Below are positions 22,954 through 32,543 of a stretch of DNA of 61,965 nt, in pieces. Position 1 is the first letter of the stretch; the number at the start of each line of letters is the position of its first letter. A model generated the notes under the pieces. That model was given only the letters and a program-made list of their open reading frames with translations, was not told the DNA's origin and searched no databases. Where the stretch lies: the NCBI GenBank assembly GCA_947450355.1, contig CANFVB010000001.1:1-61965 (forward strand). Reading direction: 5' to 3'. A program made the translations under genes and the position numbers. Source of the stretch: Bacteroidota bacterium. Its GTDB lineage: Bacteria > Bacteroidota > Bacteroidia > Flavobacteriales > Flavobacteriaceae.

Positions 22954-24318
22954 ATGAATTTTACTAAAATGAAAAAAAACAACTTTATAATAATATCCTC
23001 GCTTTTACTATTTTCAATGATAGTAAAAGCTCAAGTGGGTATTGGAACTTCAAGTCCTGATGTTTCCTCTGTGATTGATGTTTCTTCGGTTACCAAGGGA
23101 ATGCTATTGCCGAGAATGACCTCAATTCAAAGGAATGGGATTGTTCCAGCTGCATTGGGACTTATTATTTACAACACAGACGTAAGTCAAATTCAAGTTA
23201 ATATTAGTACAATTCCATTAGTTCCACAATGGACTGGAGCAGTTTCTTCTTTGGTTCATTCGGGTACAGGAGCGGGTTCGGTCATTGGAGGAGGTTCTTC
23301 AAATACAGCAAGTGGTGATGGTTCAACAGTGGCGGGAGGAAGTTCTAATGTTGCTTCTGGAGCATATTCAGCAATTGGAGGTGGTTATTCAAATACAGCA
23401 TCTGGTGCAAATTCTGCAATTGCAGGAGGAACAACTAATGTTACTTATGGTGAAGCGGCTTCAATTACGGGAGGTACTTCAAATTATGCGGAAGGAGCTA
23501 AGTCACATATTGGTGGCGGGGTATCTAATTATACTTTGGGAGCAGCGTCTGTTATTTCTGGAGGAACTTCAAATCAAACAATAGGAGCTGCTGATGCAAT
23601 CCTCGGAGGAACTGGTAATTTTGCTAATGGTCCTGCTGCGGCTGTAGTAGGTGGAACTACAAATTTAGCCACTGGTAGTGTTGCTTTTGTTGGCGGTGGT
23701 TTAACCAATAAAGCAACGGGTGTACAATCTGCAATTTTAGGAGGTACTGCAAATGTTGCTTCTGGATTATCTTCTTCTATTTCTGGTGGAACTGCAAATA
23801 ATGCTATTGGTGCTAATTCTACTGTTTCAGGTGGAAATGTAAATATTGCAACTGGAGCGCAATCTTCTATTTCAGGAGGAAATGCTAATAACGCTATAGG
23901 AACGAATTCATCTGTTTCTGGAGGAATAGGGAATACTGCCAATTCTTTTGGGGAATGGGTGGGAGGATTGTACGGAACGATTCCAAGTTTGCAAAGTGCC
24001 TCTGGTTTTGAACCATCGGATCGATTGTTTAATATTGGAAATGGTAGTTTAGGAACGCCCTCAAATGCTTTAACAATTCTTAAAAATGGTTTGGCTACTT
24101 TACCAAGTATAACCAATGGTTTAATTACTGGTGACGCAAGTGGAAAAGCCATTGTAACCAAAGAATTCACAGATGCCAATTATGCTAAATTTAGTACAAT
24201 TGCACCTTTGGGTATGAATTCAATAGGGGTTTTAGGTGAAATCCGAATGACTTCTAGTTTCATTTACGCTTGTGTAGCTTCCAATAATTGGATTAGAATA
24301 GCAGTGACACCTTGGTAA
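22954..24318 (+). CDS. Array paralogue 1, class A: Gly-rich 15-aa solenoid fibre protein (15 repeats); alternative start 22969
   Basis: Signal peptide + QVGIGT module; S-x-[IV]-[GS]-G-G-x-x-N-x-A-x-G-x-x repeats; DRLFNIGNG; C-terminal GEIR...YAC...W. Confidence 0.85.
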   Translation: MNFTKMKKNNFIIISSLLLFSMIVKAQVGIGTSSPDVSSVIDVSSVTKGMLLPRMTSIQRNGIVPAALGLIIYNTDVSQIQVNISTIPLVPQWTGAVSSLVHSGTGAGSVIGGGSSNTASGDGSTVAGGSSNVASGAYSAIGGGYSNTASGANSAIAGGTTNVTYGEAASITGGTSNYAEGAKSHIGGGVSNYTLGAASVISGGTSNQTIGAADAILGGTGNFANGPAAAVVGGTTNLATGSVAFVGGGLTNKATGVQSAILGGTANVASGLSSSISGGTANNAIGANSTVSGGNVNIATGAQSSISGGNANNAIGTNSSVSGGIGNTANSFGEWVGGLYGTIPSLQSASGFEPSDRLFNIGNGSLGTPSNALTILKNGLATLPSITNGLITGDASGKAIVTKEFTDANYAKFSTIAPLGMNSIGVLGEIRMTSSFIYACVASNNWIRIAVTPW

Positions 24319-24417
24319 TAAATTACATAAGTAATGTCAATTGAAGTTTAATAAACTTAAATTATTTCAATAGTCCATAAAAGTTTAGAAAAATAATAAC
24401 CAAATAATTTATTTAAA

Positions 24418-25617
24418 ATGAAAAATAACAAATTAATAATAAGTGTAGTTATACTACTTATTTCAGTGTTATCAATACAAGCCCAAATAGGTATAGGAAC
24501 ATCAAGTCCTGATGTCTCATCATTGTTAGATTTATCATCTACAACTAAAGGTTTTTTATTACCTCGTATGACAACGGTTCAACAGCAAGCTATGCTTAAT
24601 CCTGCTATTGGATTAATTGTTTTTAATACAACAACTGGAGCTGTTGAAACGAATAAAGGAAATTCTTTCGGAACCTATTGGGTTGGGGCAACAGGAGCCA
24701 TGGGAACAACAGGACCAACAGGACCAATGGGATTAACTGGACCAGCAGGTTCGCTTTCAACTGTTGGTGCTGGAGTGGCAAATTCATCAACTGCTGAAGG
24801 AGCTACTATTGGTGGTGGTTCAACCAATATGGCGTGTGGTATAAATTCAACCGTTGTGGGAGGGACAACCAATGTTGCTTGTGGTGAAAATTCTATAGTT
24901 GGTGGTGGTTCAACCAATCAAGCAACAGCTTTGAACTCAAGTGTAGTGGGTGGAACAACCAATCATGCTTTTGGAGTAAATTCATTTGTTGGAGGTGGTA
25001 CCACAAATTTGGCTAATGCACTTAATACAAGTGTTTCTGGAGGAACAACAAATCAAGCATTGGGAATTGCATCTTGTGTTTTGGGAGGTACTTCTAATAC
25101 TGCTAATGGTGAAAACTCAAATATTGGCGGCGGTTCTGCTAATATTACAAATGGATTAAATTCAGCAATCGCAGGTGGACAATCAAATATTGCTTCTGGA
25201 GATTATTCTTCAATTTCTGGAGGTAGGTATAACTTTGCAAAATCTTATGGAGAATGGGTTGGTGGGCTTTATGGTACAGATTATACCGCTGCGTCAATAT
25301 CTACCTTTCAGCCTACAGATCGAATTTTTAATATCGGTAACGGATTGGGAGGATCTACACGTTCTGATGCTTTGACTATTTTAAAAAATGGTTTGGCCTC
25401 ACTGCCTTCTGTTACCAATGCTTTAATTACTACGGCAAGTGGGAAGGCAATTATTACAAAAGAATTTGCAGATGCTGCGTATGTGAAAATTAGTACTGTT
25501 GCTCCACTTTCGTCTGGAAGTACTGGAATAGCTGGAGAAGTAAGAATTACAGCAACCTATATTTACACTTGTATTGCTACAAATGTTTGGGTTAGAACTG
25601 CTGTTGAGACTTTTTAA
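24418..25617 (+). CDS. Array paralogue 2, class A with collagen-like linker (10-11 repeats)
   Basis: QIGIGT module; GATGAMGTTGPTGPMGLTGPAGS; 15-aa repeats; same C-terminal module. Confidence 0.85.
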   Translation: MKNNKLIISVVILLISVLSIQAQIGIGTSSPDVSSLLDLSSTTKGFLLPRMTTVQQQAMLNPAIGLIVFNTTTGAVETNKGNSFGTYWVGATGAMGTTGPTGPMGLTGPAGSLSTVGAGVANSSTAEGATIGGGSTNMACGINSTVVGGTTNVACGENSIVGGGSTNQATALNSSVVGGTTNHAFGVNSFVGGGTTNLANALNTSVSGGTTNQALGIASCVLGGTSNTANGENSNIGGGSANITNGLNSAIAGGQSNIASGDYSSISGGRYNFAKSYGEWVGGLYGTDYTAASISTFQPTDRIFNIGNGLGGSTRSDALTILKNGLASLPSVTNALITTASGKAIITKEFADAAYVKISTVAPLSSGSTGIAGEVRITATYIYTCIATNVWVRTAVETF

Positions 25618-25673
25618 TACTAGCTGTCAATCTCAATTATTTAGAATTTTATTTTTAGAAAATTAAAGCATTT

Positions 25674-26891
25674 ATGAAAACAAATAAATATTTTTCGATA
25701 CTTATATTTCTTTTATTATCAGGAAATATTTTCGCTCAAGCAGGTATAGGTACATTTGTTCCCCATAGTTCAGCACTTTTGGAAGTTTCGGCTTCTTCAA
25801 ATAAAGGATTTTTATTACCAAGGATGACCACTTTACAACGTGATTTATTATTAAATCCAGCCAATGGATTAGTAGTTTACAATACCAATATGGGCGAAAT
25901 TCAATCTAATGCAGGAACAACACTTCATCCCAAATGGTCAGGTTCCATTGGTGCTATTGGCGATACAGGTCCAATTGGTCTTACTGGAGCTCGAGGCGCA
26001 AGTTCTATTATTACTAGAGTTATAACTGGAACAGGAAATTCAGCTATTGGAGTTAATGCTACTGTTGGTGGCGGTACAGGTAATTCAGCTATTGGGGTTA
26101 CAAGTACTGTTGGTGGCGGTACAACCAATCAAGCTGTAGGTGCCAATTCATCAGTTGGTGGCGGTTCCCATAATGTTGCTGTTGCGGTATGTACTAGTGT
26201 TTTTGGAGGGATAGATAATAATACTAATGGAACTAATTCTTCAGTTGGGGGTGGTACAAATAATTTTCCAATAGGTAATAATACTGTTATTGTAGGAGGG
26301 AGTTATAATTCTGTTTCCTCGGTTAGCATCGATGGTTGTATTGCTGGTGGATTTTCAAATAATGTATTATTAGTTTGTATTGACTGTAATATTGCTGGAG
26401 GTACATTAAATGTAACTAACGAACTTAATTGCACTGTTTCTGGTGGTACTCAAAATGTAGCTAATGGAATATCTGCAATAGTTTCAGGAGGTGTTTCCAA
26501 TACTTCAAAATCTTATGGAGAATGGGTTGGTGGATTATTTGCTACTGAATATGCACCAACTTCTGCCATAGGAGTAGTTGTGACTGATAGGGCTTTTACA
26601 ATTGGAAATGGAACGGCAATTGGTACTCGCTCCGATGCAATGACAGTTTTAAAAAGTGGTGTAGGTATTTTACCAAGTGTTACTAATGCTTTAATAGCTG
26701 CAGGTAATGAAAAAGCAATAATTACTAAAGAATATGGAAATGCTACTTATTATAAATTCAAAACAGATGCACCTGCTTCTGCAAGTTCAATTGGAACATT
26801 AGGAGAAATTCGTATAACACCAACTCATATTTACACTTGTATAGCGACAAATACATGGGTAAAAACAACTGCAATTTCAGGTAGTTGGTAG
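25674..26891 (+). CDS. Array paralogue 3, class A with collagen-like linker (about 10 repeats)
   Basis: QAGIGT module; GSIGAIGDTGPIGLTGARGAS; two repeats extended to 17 aa, with Cys. Confidence 0.85.
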   Translation: MKTNKYFSILIFLLLSGNIFAQAGIGTFVPHSSALLEVSASSNKGFLLPRMTTLQRDLLLNPANGLVVYNTNMGEIQSNAGTTLHPKWSGSIGAIGDTGPIGLTGARGASSIITRVITGTGNSAIGVNATVGGGTGNSAIGVTSTVGGGTTNQAVGANSSVGGGSHNVAVAVCTSVFGGIDNNTNGTNSSVGGGTNNFPIGNNTVIVGGSYNSVSSVSIDGCIAGGFSNNVLLVCIDCNIAGGTLNVTNELNCTVSGGTQNVANGISAIVSGGVSNTSKSYGEWVGGLFATEYAPTSAIGVVVTDRAFTIGNGTAIGTRSDAMTVLKSGVGILPSVTNALIAAGNEKAIITKEYGNATYYKFKTDAPASASSIGTLGEIRITPTHIYTCIATNTWVKTTAISGSW

Positions 26892-26909
26892 GTTTTTAAA
26901 TTAAAAAAA

Positions 26910-28208
26910 ATGAAAAATAGCAATCAAATTTTATTCGTTTTTTTCTTATTGTTTTCAGGAATGATAACAGCTCAAATAGGAATTGGAACTTCAAGTCCAG
27001 ATAAATCATCTGTTTTAGACTTAACTTCAAATAATAAGGGATTATTGGTTCCTAGAATGTCATCCGCAAAAAGAGATTCAATACTTCTACCTCCAAAGGG
27101 ATTAATTATTTTTAATACCACTTCAAATGCAATTGAAATAAACAGTGGAACGTCAACAATAAAATCATGGGGTGGGTTGTCTGGTAGTTCTGCGTCCAAT
27201 TCAAGTTTTTTGTCTGCGAATGAAGCAAGTGAAGTGACTACGTTGTCCCCTTTAGATGAAATTATTCCAGGGATGACTTTATCTCCGCAAGCGGGTACTT
27301 ATTCCGTTTCGTTTAATAGTCAATACAATAGTGCTCCCTATAATTACGATGTAAATATTACGCAACAAGGAGTTTCGGATTTACAGGCTGTATATAATAA
27401 ATTAATTATTATTCCAACAACAAATTCAACCCACGCTCCAGTTTTTGGAAATGGAGAAGTGCTAAACTCTGGAGTATTTTCAACAGGAGCAGCTACGTCA
27501 GTTTCTGGAACACTTGTTTTGGATGCACAAGGAAATCCTAATGCTATTTTTATATTTAAAGTTGGAGGTGCTTTTACTTCAAGTGCTGGATCTGAAGTTG
27601 TTTTGGTAAATGCTGCTTCTGCTTGTAATGTTTTTTGGATTGCAGAGGGAGCAATAGCTTTGGCAGCTGCTACAAGAATGAAAGGAACATTATTAGGACA
27701 CAATGGCGCAGTTGGAATGGCTGCTGGTTGTCAACTGATTGGGAGGTTATTTTCAACCATGGGAGCTGTAACAACTGATGGTTCGTCTGTTCTAATTCCT
27801 TCAAATTGTTCTTATATTAATTTAGGGGTTTTATCAACTTTTGCTCTTTATACATCAGTTGGTGCGGTAACAAATGCTGGAATATCTTCAATTACAGGAG
27901 ATATTGGTTCAAACGTGGGACTTATTAGTGGTTTTACAACTTCTACTTTAGTTGGTACAACCTATACTAATTCAAGCCCTTTGGTCAATATAGATGCCAA
28001 TGTTCTAGCAACTTTCAGTGTATATCAAAATGGGATTTTAGTTCCAAATTCTAGTAGAATAAGAAGAAGTAAGTCAGACACTACAGATATTTCTTTACAA
28101 GCTATTGCAACCGTTTTAGCAGGACAAACAATTGATATTAGATGGAAAACAGATGTGAGTGCTCTAAAAGTAGGAAGTCGAATTTTGACAATCATTAAAG
28201 TTCAATAA
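26910..28208 (+). CDS. Array paralogue 4, class B: permuted DUF3494 ice-binding domain inserted in a C1q/BclA-CTD-like head
   Basis: DLQAVYNKL, LDAQGNPNAIFIFK, CNVFW, GRLFST, followed by INLGVLSTFALYTSVGAVTN..ITGDIG. Confidence 0.85.
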   Translation: MKNSNQILFVFFLLFSGMITAQIGIGTSSPDKSSVLDLTSNNKGLLVPRMSSAKRDSILLPPKGLIIFNTTSNAIEINSGTSTIKSWGGLSGSSASNSSFLSANEASEVTTLSPLDEIIPGMTLSPQAGTYSVSFNSQYNSAPYNYDVNITQQGVSDLQAVYNKLIIIPTTNSTHAPVFGNGEVLNSGVFSTGAATSVSGTLVLDAQGNPNAIFIFKVGGAFTSSAGSEVVLVNAASACNVFWIAEGAIALAAATRMKGTLLGHNGAVGMAAGCQLIGRLFSTMGAVTTDGSSVLIPSNCSYINLGVLSTFALYTSVGAVTNAGISSITGDIGSNVGLISGFTTSTLVGTTYTNSSPLVNIDANVLATFSVYQNGILVPNSSRIRRSKSDTTDISLQAIATVLAGQTIDIRWKTDVSALKVGSRILTIIKVQ

Positions 28209-28223
28209 TTAAAACTAACTGAA

Positions 28224-29624
28224 ATGAAAAACTTTAAATTATATTTTTTAATAGTATTCATTACTATTTCAGGAACTAGTTTTGCTCAAATAGGAATTGG
28301 CACAAATACTCCAGATCCTTCTGCGTTATTGGATTTAAATTCAACTTCCAAAGGTCTATTAATGCCTAGAATGACCACTTTGCAACAAACGAATTTAGTA
28401 CGACCAGCCATTGGATTGACAATTTATAATACAACAACAAGTCAAATAGAAACCAATAAAGGCGATGGACTTGGGGGAGCTTTATGGACTAGTGCCTCAA
28501 CAACAGGAACAACAGCATTGCCTGGAACCAATACAAATCAATTGGCTACAACAGCATTTGTATTAGCAAATAATTTTGGAAGTTACGCTTCTGTAAATGA
28601 AATAGTACCAATATCAACAACTTCATTAACAGATGTTTTAGTAAATGGAATGATTGTTTCACCACCTTCAGGAACTTATTCGGTGTCATTTAATAGTCAA
28701 TATAATAATGATTTTATTACTACTACTGTCACAGGCACTGGTATTTCAACTTCACAAGCTGCCGTAGATTTACAAGCTGCATACAATCAATTGATAGCCA
28801 TTCCTGTGACTAATACTACTCATATTCCTGCCTTTGGAAGTGGAGAAACAATTACGCCTGGTGTTTATTTTATTCCAGGTGCTGCTTCTGTAGCTGGTAC
28901 TTTAATTTTGGATGCACAAGGAAATTCAAATGCACTTTTTGTATTTAAAACAGGTGGTGCCATGGCTGCTGGTGCTGCAACTATTATAGTTTTAGCAAAT
29001 GGTGCTGAAGCTAGAAATGTTTTTTGGGTTTCTGAAGGTTCCCCAAGTGTTGGAGCTGCATCTACTATGAAAGGCACAATGATAGGTCATAATGGAGCAG
29101 CATCAATGGCTGCAACGGGAGTATTAGAAGGAAGACTTTTGACTATTTTAGGAGCGGTTACCTTTGGACCAGGGACAGCAATAATTCCTTCAGGAGTTTC
29201 CCCAATTGATTTAGGAGTATTGTCAAGTTTTGTACTTTATACAAATAATGGGGCAGTAAGTAATACAGCAATATCTAACATTACGGGTGATATAGGAACT
29301 AATGTTGGCGCAATTACAGGTTTTGAAATCTCTACAATAGAGGGAAATTTTTATACCAATAGTTCTCCTGTCACAAACCCATCAACAGTAACTACAACAG
29401 TAATTAATGACACTAAAACTCCTGCTACTTTCAGTATTTATCAAAATGGAATATTAATTCCAAGTTCAACTAAAACATTAATAAGTGATGCCAACGCTGC
29501 AAATATTTCTTTACAAGCAATCGCAACAATAATTACAGGACAACCAATTGAAGTGAGATGGAAAACTGCGGCAGCTAAATTAAGTATGGGGAATAGAACA
29601 TTGACAGCAATAAAAATTCAATAA
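28224..29624 (+). CDS. Array paralogue 5, class B ice-binding family protein
   Basis: DLQAAYNQL, TITPGVY, LDAQGNSNALFVFK, NVFW, EGRLLT; tail-fibre-like GTNTNQLATTAFV. Confidence 0.85.
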   Translation: MKNFKLYFLIVFITISGTSFAQIGIGTNTPDPSALLDLNSTSKGLLMPRMTTLQQTNLVRPAIGLTIYNTTTSQIETNKGDGLGGALWTSASTTGTTALPGTNTNQLATTAFVLANNFGSYASVNEIVPISTTSLTDVLVNGMIVSPPSGTYSVSFNSQYNNDFITTTVTGTGISTSQAAVDLQAAYNQLIAIPVTNTTHIPAFGSGETITPGVYFIPGAASVAGTLILDAQGNSNALFVFKTGGAMAAGAATIIVLANGAEARNVFWVSEGSPSVGAASTMKGTMIGHNGAASMAATGVLEGRLLTILGAVTFGPGTAIIPSGVSPIDLGVLSSFVLYTNNGAVSNTAISNITGDIGTNVGAITGFEISTIEGNFYTNSSPVTNPSTVTTTVINDTKTPATFSIYQNGILIPSSTKTLISDANAANISLQAIATIITGQPIEVRWKTAAAKLSMGNRTLTAIKIQ

Positions 29625-29635
29625 AAATTAATTTT

Positions 29636-31042
29636 ATGAAAATAGTCAAAAATTATAATTTTATACTATTAATTATCATTTCAGCATCTAGTTTTGCTCA
29701 AATAGGAATTGGTACAAATATTCCAGATCCTTCTGCAATATTAGATTTAAATTCATCTTCGAAAGGTTTATTGATACCAAGAATGACCACTTTGCAACAA
29801 ACGAATTTATTAAATCCTGCTATAGGATTACTGATTTACAATACCACGACAAGTCAAATAGAAACCAATAAAGGAAATGGGTTCGGTGGGGCTTTATGGA
29901 CAGGCGCATCAACATCTGGAACAACTGCCATTATAGGTACAAATACGTCTCAACTAGCTACAACTGAATTTGTATTAGAAAACTCTGATGGATATTCCTC
30001 TGTAAACGCTTCAATAGAAACTGCTACTACCTCTTCTACGAACGAATTAATAGCAGGAATGGCATTAACACCTCCCGCAGGATTATATTCTGTTTCATTT
30101 AATAGTCAAATTAATAATGCAGCTGTTACAACCGTTACAACTCAAAACACATCAATAGGAACAGCTCAAGGTGTGATAGATTTACAAGCTGCATACAATC
30201 AATTGGTAGCTGTTCCAACAACTAATTTCTCTCATATACCTGCGATGGGAAGTGGTGAAACATTACTTCCAGGTGTTTATTTATTTCCAGCCGCAGCTTC
30301 AATAGCGGCAGTATTAAATTTAGATGCTCAAGGTAATTCAGACGCAGTATTTATTTTCAAAATAGGTGGTGCATTTGCCATTGGTGCAGTCTCTTCAATT
30401 GTGTTGCAAAACGGAGCCTTAGCACGAAATGTTTTCTTTGTTTCCGAAGGAGCAATTAGTGTTGGTGCCACTTGTATAATGAAAGGAACATATATTTCTC
30501 ACGCAGCAGCACTTGCTTTTAATGCGGGAAGCAATCTTGATGGGCGATTTTTTACAATGACTGGAGCAATAACTTTTGGACCCGCAACGGCAATTGTACC
30601 ATTGGGAGCATCTCCAATTAATTTAGGCGTGTTAACAAACTTTGCTATTTTTACAGGTGCTGGGGCTATTTCAAATGCTGGAATCTCAACGATTATCGGT
30701 AATGTTGGAACGAATTCGGGAGCAATAACAGGTTTGGAAATTTCAAATGTTACTGGGACAGTATATACCCCAGATTCAATAGTTGTTTATACTCCCCCAA
30801 TAACTACCACCACAACCACTACTTCTACATCACCTATATTAGCAACCTTTAGTATTTTTCAAAACGGAGTTTTAGTACCAAATTCAAGTCGTACTATTGT
30901 AAGTAATTTAAATGTAACAAGTGTAAATTTACAAGCAATGGCAACTGTCTCAACTGGTCAAACAATTGATGTTCGTTGGAAAATAGATTCAGGCAAAGTA
31001 GCGATAGGGAATAGAATTTTAACTTTAATTAAAGTACGTTAA
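29636..31042 (+). CDS. Array paralogue 6, class B ice-binding family protein
   Basis: Same architecture; closest to paralogue 5. Confidence 0.85.
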   Translation: MKIVKNYNFILLIIISASSFAQIGIGTNIPDPSAILDLNSSSKGLLIPRMTTLQQTNLLNPAIGLLIYNTTTSQIETNKGNGFGGALWTGASTSGTTAIIGTNTSQLATTEFVLENSDGYSSVNASIETATTSSTNELIAGMALTPPAGLYSVSFNSQINNAAVTTVTTQNTSIGTAQGVIDLQAAYNQLVAVPTTNFSHIPAMGSGETLLPGVYLFPAAASIAAVLNLDAQGNSDAVFIFKIGGAFAIGAVSSIVLQNGALARNVFFVSEGAISVGATCIMKGTYISHAAALAFNAGSNLDGRFFTMTGAITFGPATAIVPLGASPINLGVLTNFAIFTGAGAISNAGISTIIGNVGTNSGAITGLEISNVTGTVYTPDSIVVYTPPITTTTTTTSTSPILATFSIFQNGVLVPNSSRTIVSNLNVTSVNLQAMATVSTGQTIDVRWKIDSGKVAIGNRILTLIKVR

Positions 31043-31060
31043 TTATTTATCTATCGACAA

Positions 31061-32515
31061 ATGAGGAATCAAAATCGAATTGTTTTAATGTTGATTTTTT
31101 TAATTTCTGTAATTTCAAATGCCCAAACCGGCATAGGTACTTCTAGTCCTGATGCTTCCTCTATTATGACTATTAACTCCTTTGAGAAAGGAATGTTATT
31201 GCCTCGATTGAATTTAGGAGAACGAAGATTAATAAATTTTCCAGCAAATGGATTGCTTATTTTTAATACTACTTTTAAAAATATTGAAGTAAATAGCGGT
31301 ACTGCATCACAACCTTTTTGGACAAGTGTTACTGGTTCGCAAGGGTTTTCTGGAATTAGCACTGGAACCGGAGTTTCAGGAGCTGACATTGACCCAATTA
31401 CACTTCAACCTATCGATGTGTTAAATTACGCTACGGGACCTTCTTCTTATATTGGCGGTGGTGTTAATAATTCTGCTTCAGGTGCATTTTCTGTTATTGG
31501 CGGTGGTACTACTAATTTCACGATGGGTGCTTATAGTGTTGTTTCAGGAGGTTCTACTAATGAAGCAGATGGAATTCATTCAACAATAGCGGGTGGTACT
31601 ACGAATAATGTAAGCGGTGACACTGCAAGTGTTTCTGGGGGTACTACAAATAATGCGAGTGGTATGAATTCTTCAATTGGCGGTTGCACATCTAATAATA
31701 CCTCAGGAATAAACGCACACATTGGCGGTGGTTCTTCAAATAATAGTTCTGGTATCAATTCTAGTATTGGCGGTGGAGTTAGTAATTTAGCTTCTGGAGC
31801 TAATTCATCAATTTCTGGTGGGACTTCTAATATTGCAAGTGGTGCTCATTCAACAGTTTCGGGGGGTACCTCAAATCAGGCTTTGGGTTTAAGTTCCAGT
31901 ATTGGTGGTGGGACTTCAAATATTGCTAATGGAGAAAGTAGCACTGTTGGTGGAGGTACTTCAAATATTGCAGACGGATTCAATGCAACTGTTGGTGGAG
32001 GAACCGATAATAAGGCTTATGATTTGGCATCAATAATTAGTGGGGGGACTTCAAATAGAGCCAATGAGTCTTATTCTTCTATATCGGGCGGTACTTCAAA
32101 TATTTCAAATGGGGATTATTCATCGGTTTCAGGAGGGTTTACCAATCTTTCAAATTCGTATGGAGAATGGACTGGTGGATTAAATTCTCCAGGTTATGTT
32201 GCTATTTCAACAACTGAATTTTCTATACAAGATAGACTTTTTAATATTGGATGTGGTGCAAGTTTTGAGGTGTTTTCTTTATATAAAAATGGATTAGCAA
32301 CATTGCCAAATGCAACTATTGTTGGAATTGAAAGTGAAATTAAAGCAATCACAACAAAAGCATATACAAATGCTACCTATTCTAGAATTTCAATGATAGC
32401 TCCATTATCAGCAACAGCTCCAGGATTTTTGGGAGAAATTAGAATTACCCCTCAATATATGTACACTTGTGTTGCTATAAATAGTTGGGTGCGTACTGAA
32501 ATGAATACTTGGTAA
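31061..32515 (+). CDS. Array paralogue 7, class A (16 repeats)
   Basis: QTGIGT module; SSIGGGTSNIANGES-type repeats; C-terminal GEIRITPQYMYTC..W. Confidence 0.85.
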   Translation: MRNQNRIVLMLIFLISVISNAQTGIGTSSPDASSIMTINSFEKGMLLPRLNLGERRLINFPANGLLIFNTTFKNIEVNSGTASQPFWTSVTGSQGFSGISTGTGVSGADIDPITLQPIDVLNYATGPSSYIGGGVNNSASGAFSVIGGGTTNFTMGAYSVVSGGSTNEADGIHSTIAGGTTNNVSGDTASVSGGTTNNASGMNSSIGGCTSNNTSGINAHIGGGSSNNSSGINSSIGGGVSNLASGANSSISGGTSNIASGAHSTVSGGTSNQALGLSSSIGGGTSNIANGESSTVGGGTSNIADGFNATVGGGTDNKAYDLASIISGGTSNRANESYSSISGGTSNISNGDYSSVSGGFTNLSNSYGEWTGGLNSPGYVAISTTEFSIQDRLFNIGCGASFEVFSLYKNGLATLPNATIVGIESEIKAITTKAYTNATYSRISMIAPLSATAPGFLGEIRITPQYMYTCVAINSWVRTEMNTW

Positions 32516-32543
32516 ATGTGAATATTAAAATAATAAAATAAAA

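Noticed and set aside
23574-24179. Pro-rich antisense ORFs over array genes (also 24675, 25925, 27344, 31069, 32765, 34918, 45316)
   Set aside because: Shadow frames of Gly/Ala/Thr-rich sense codons
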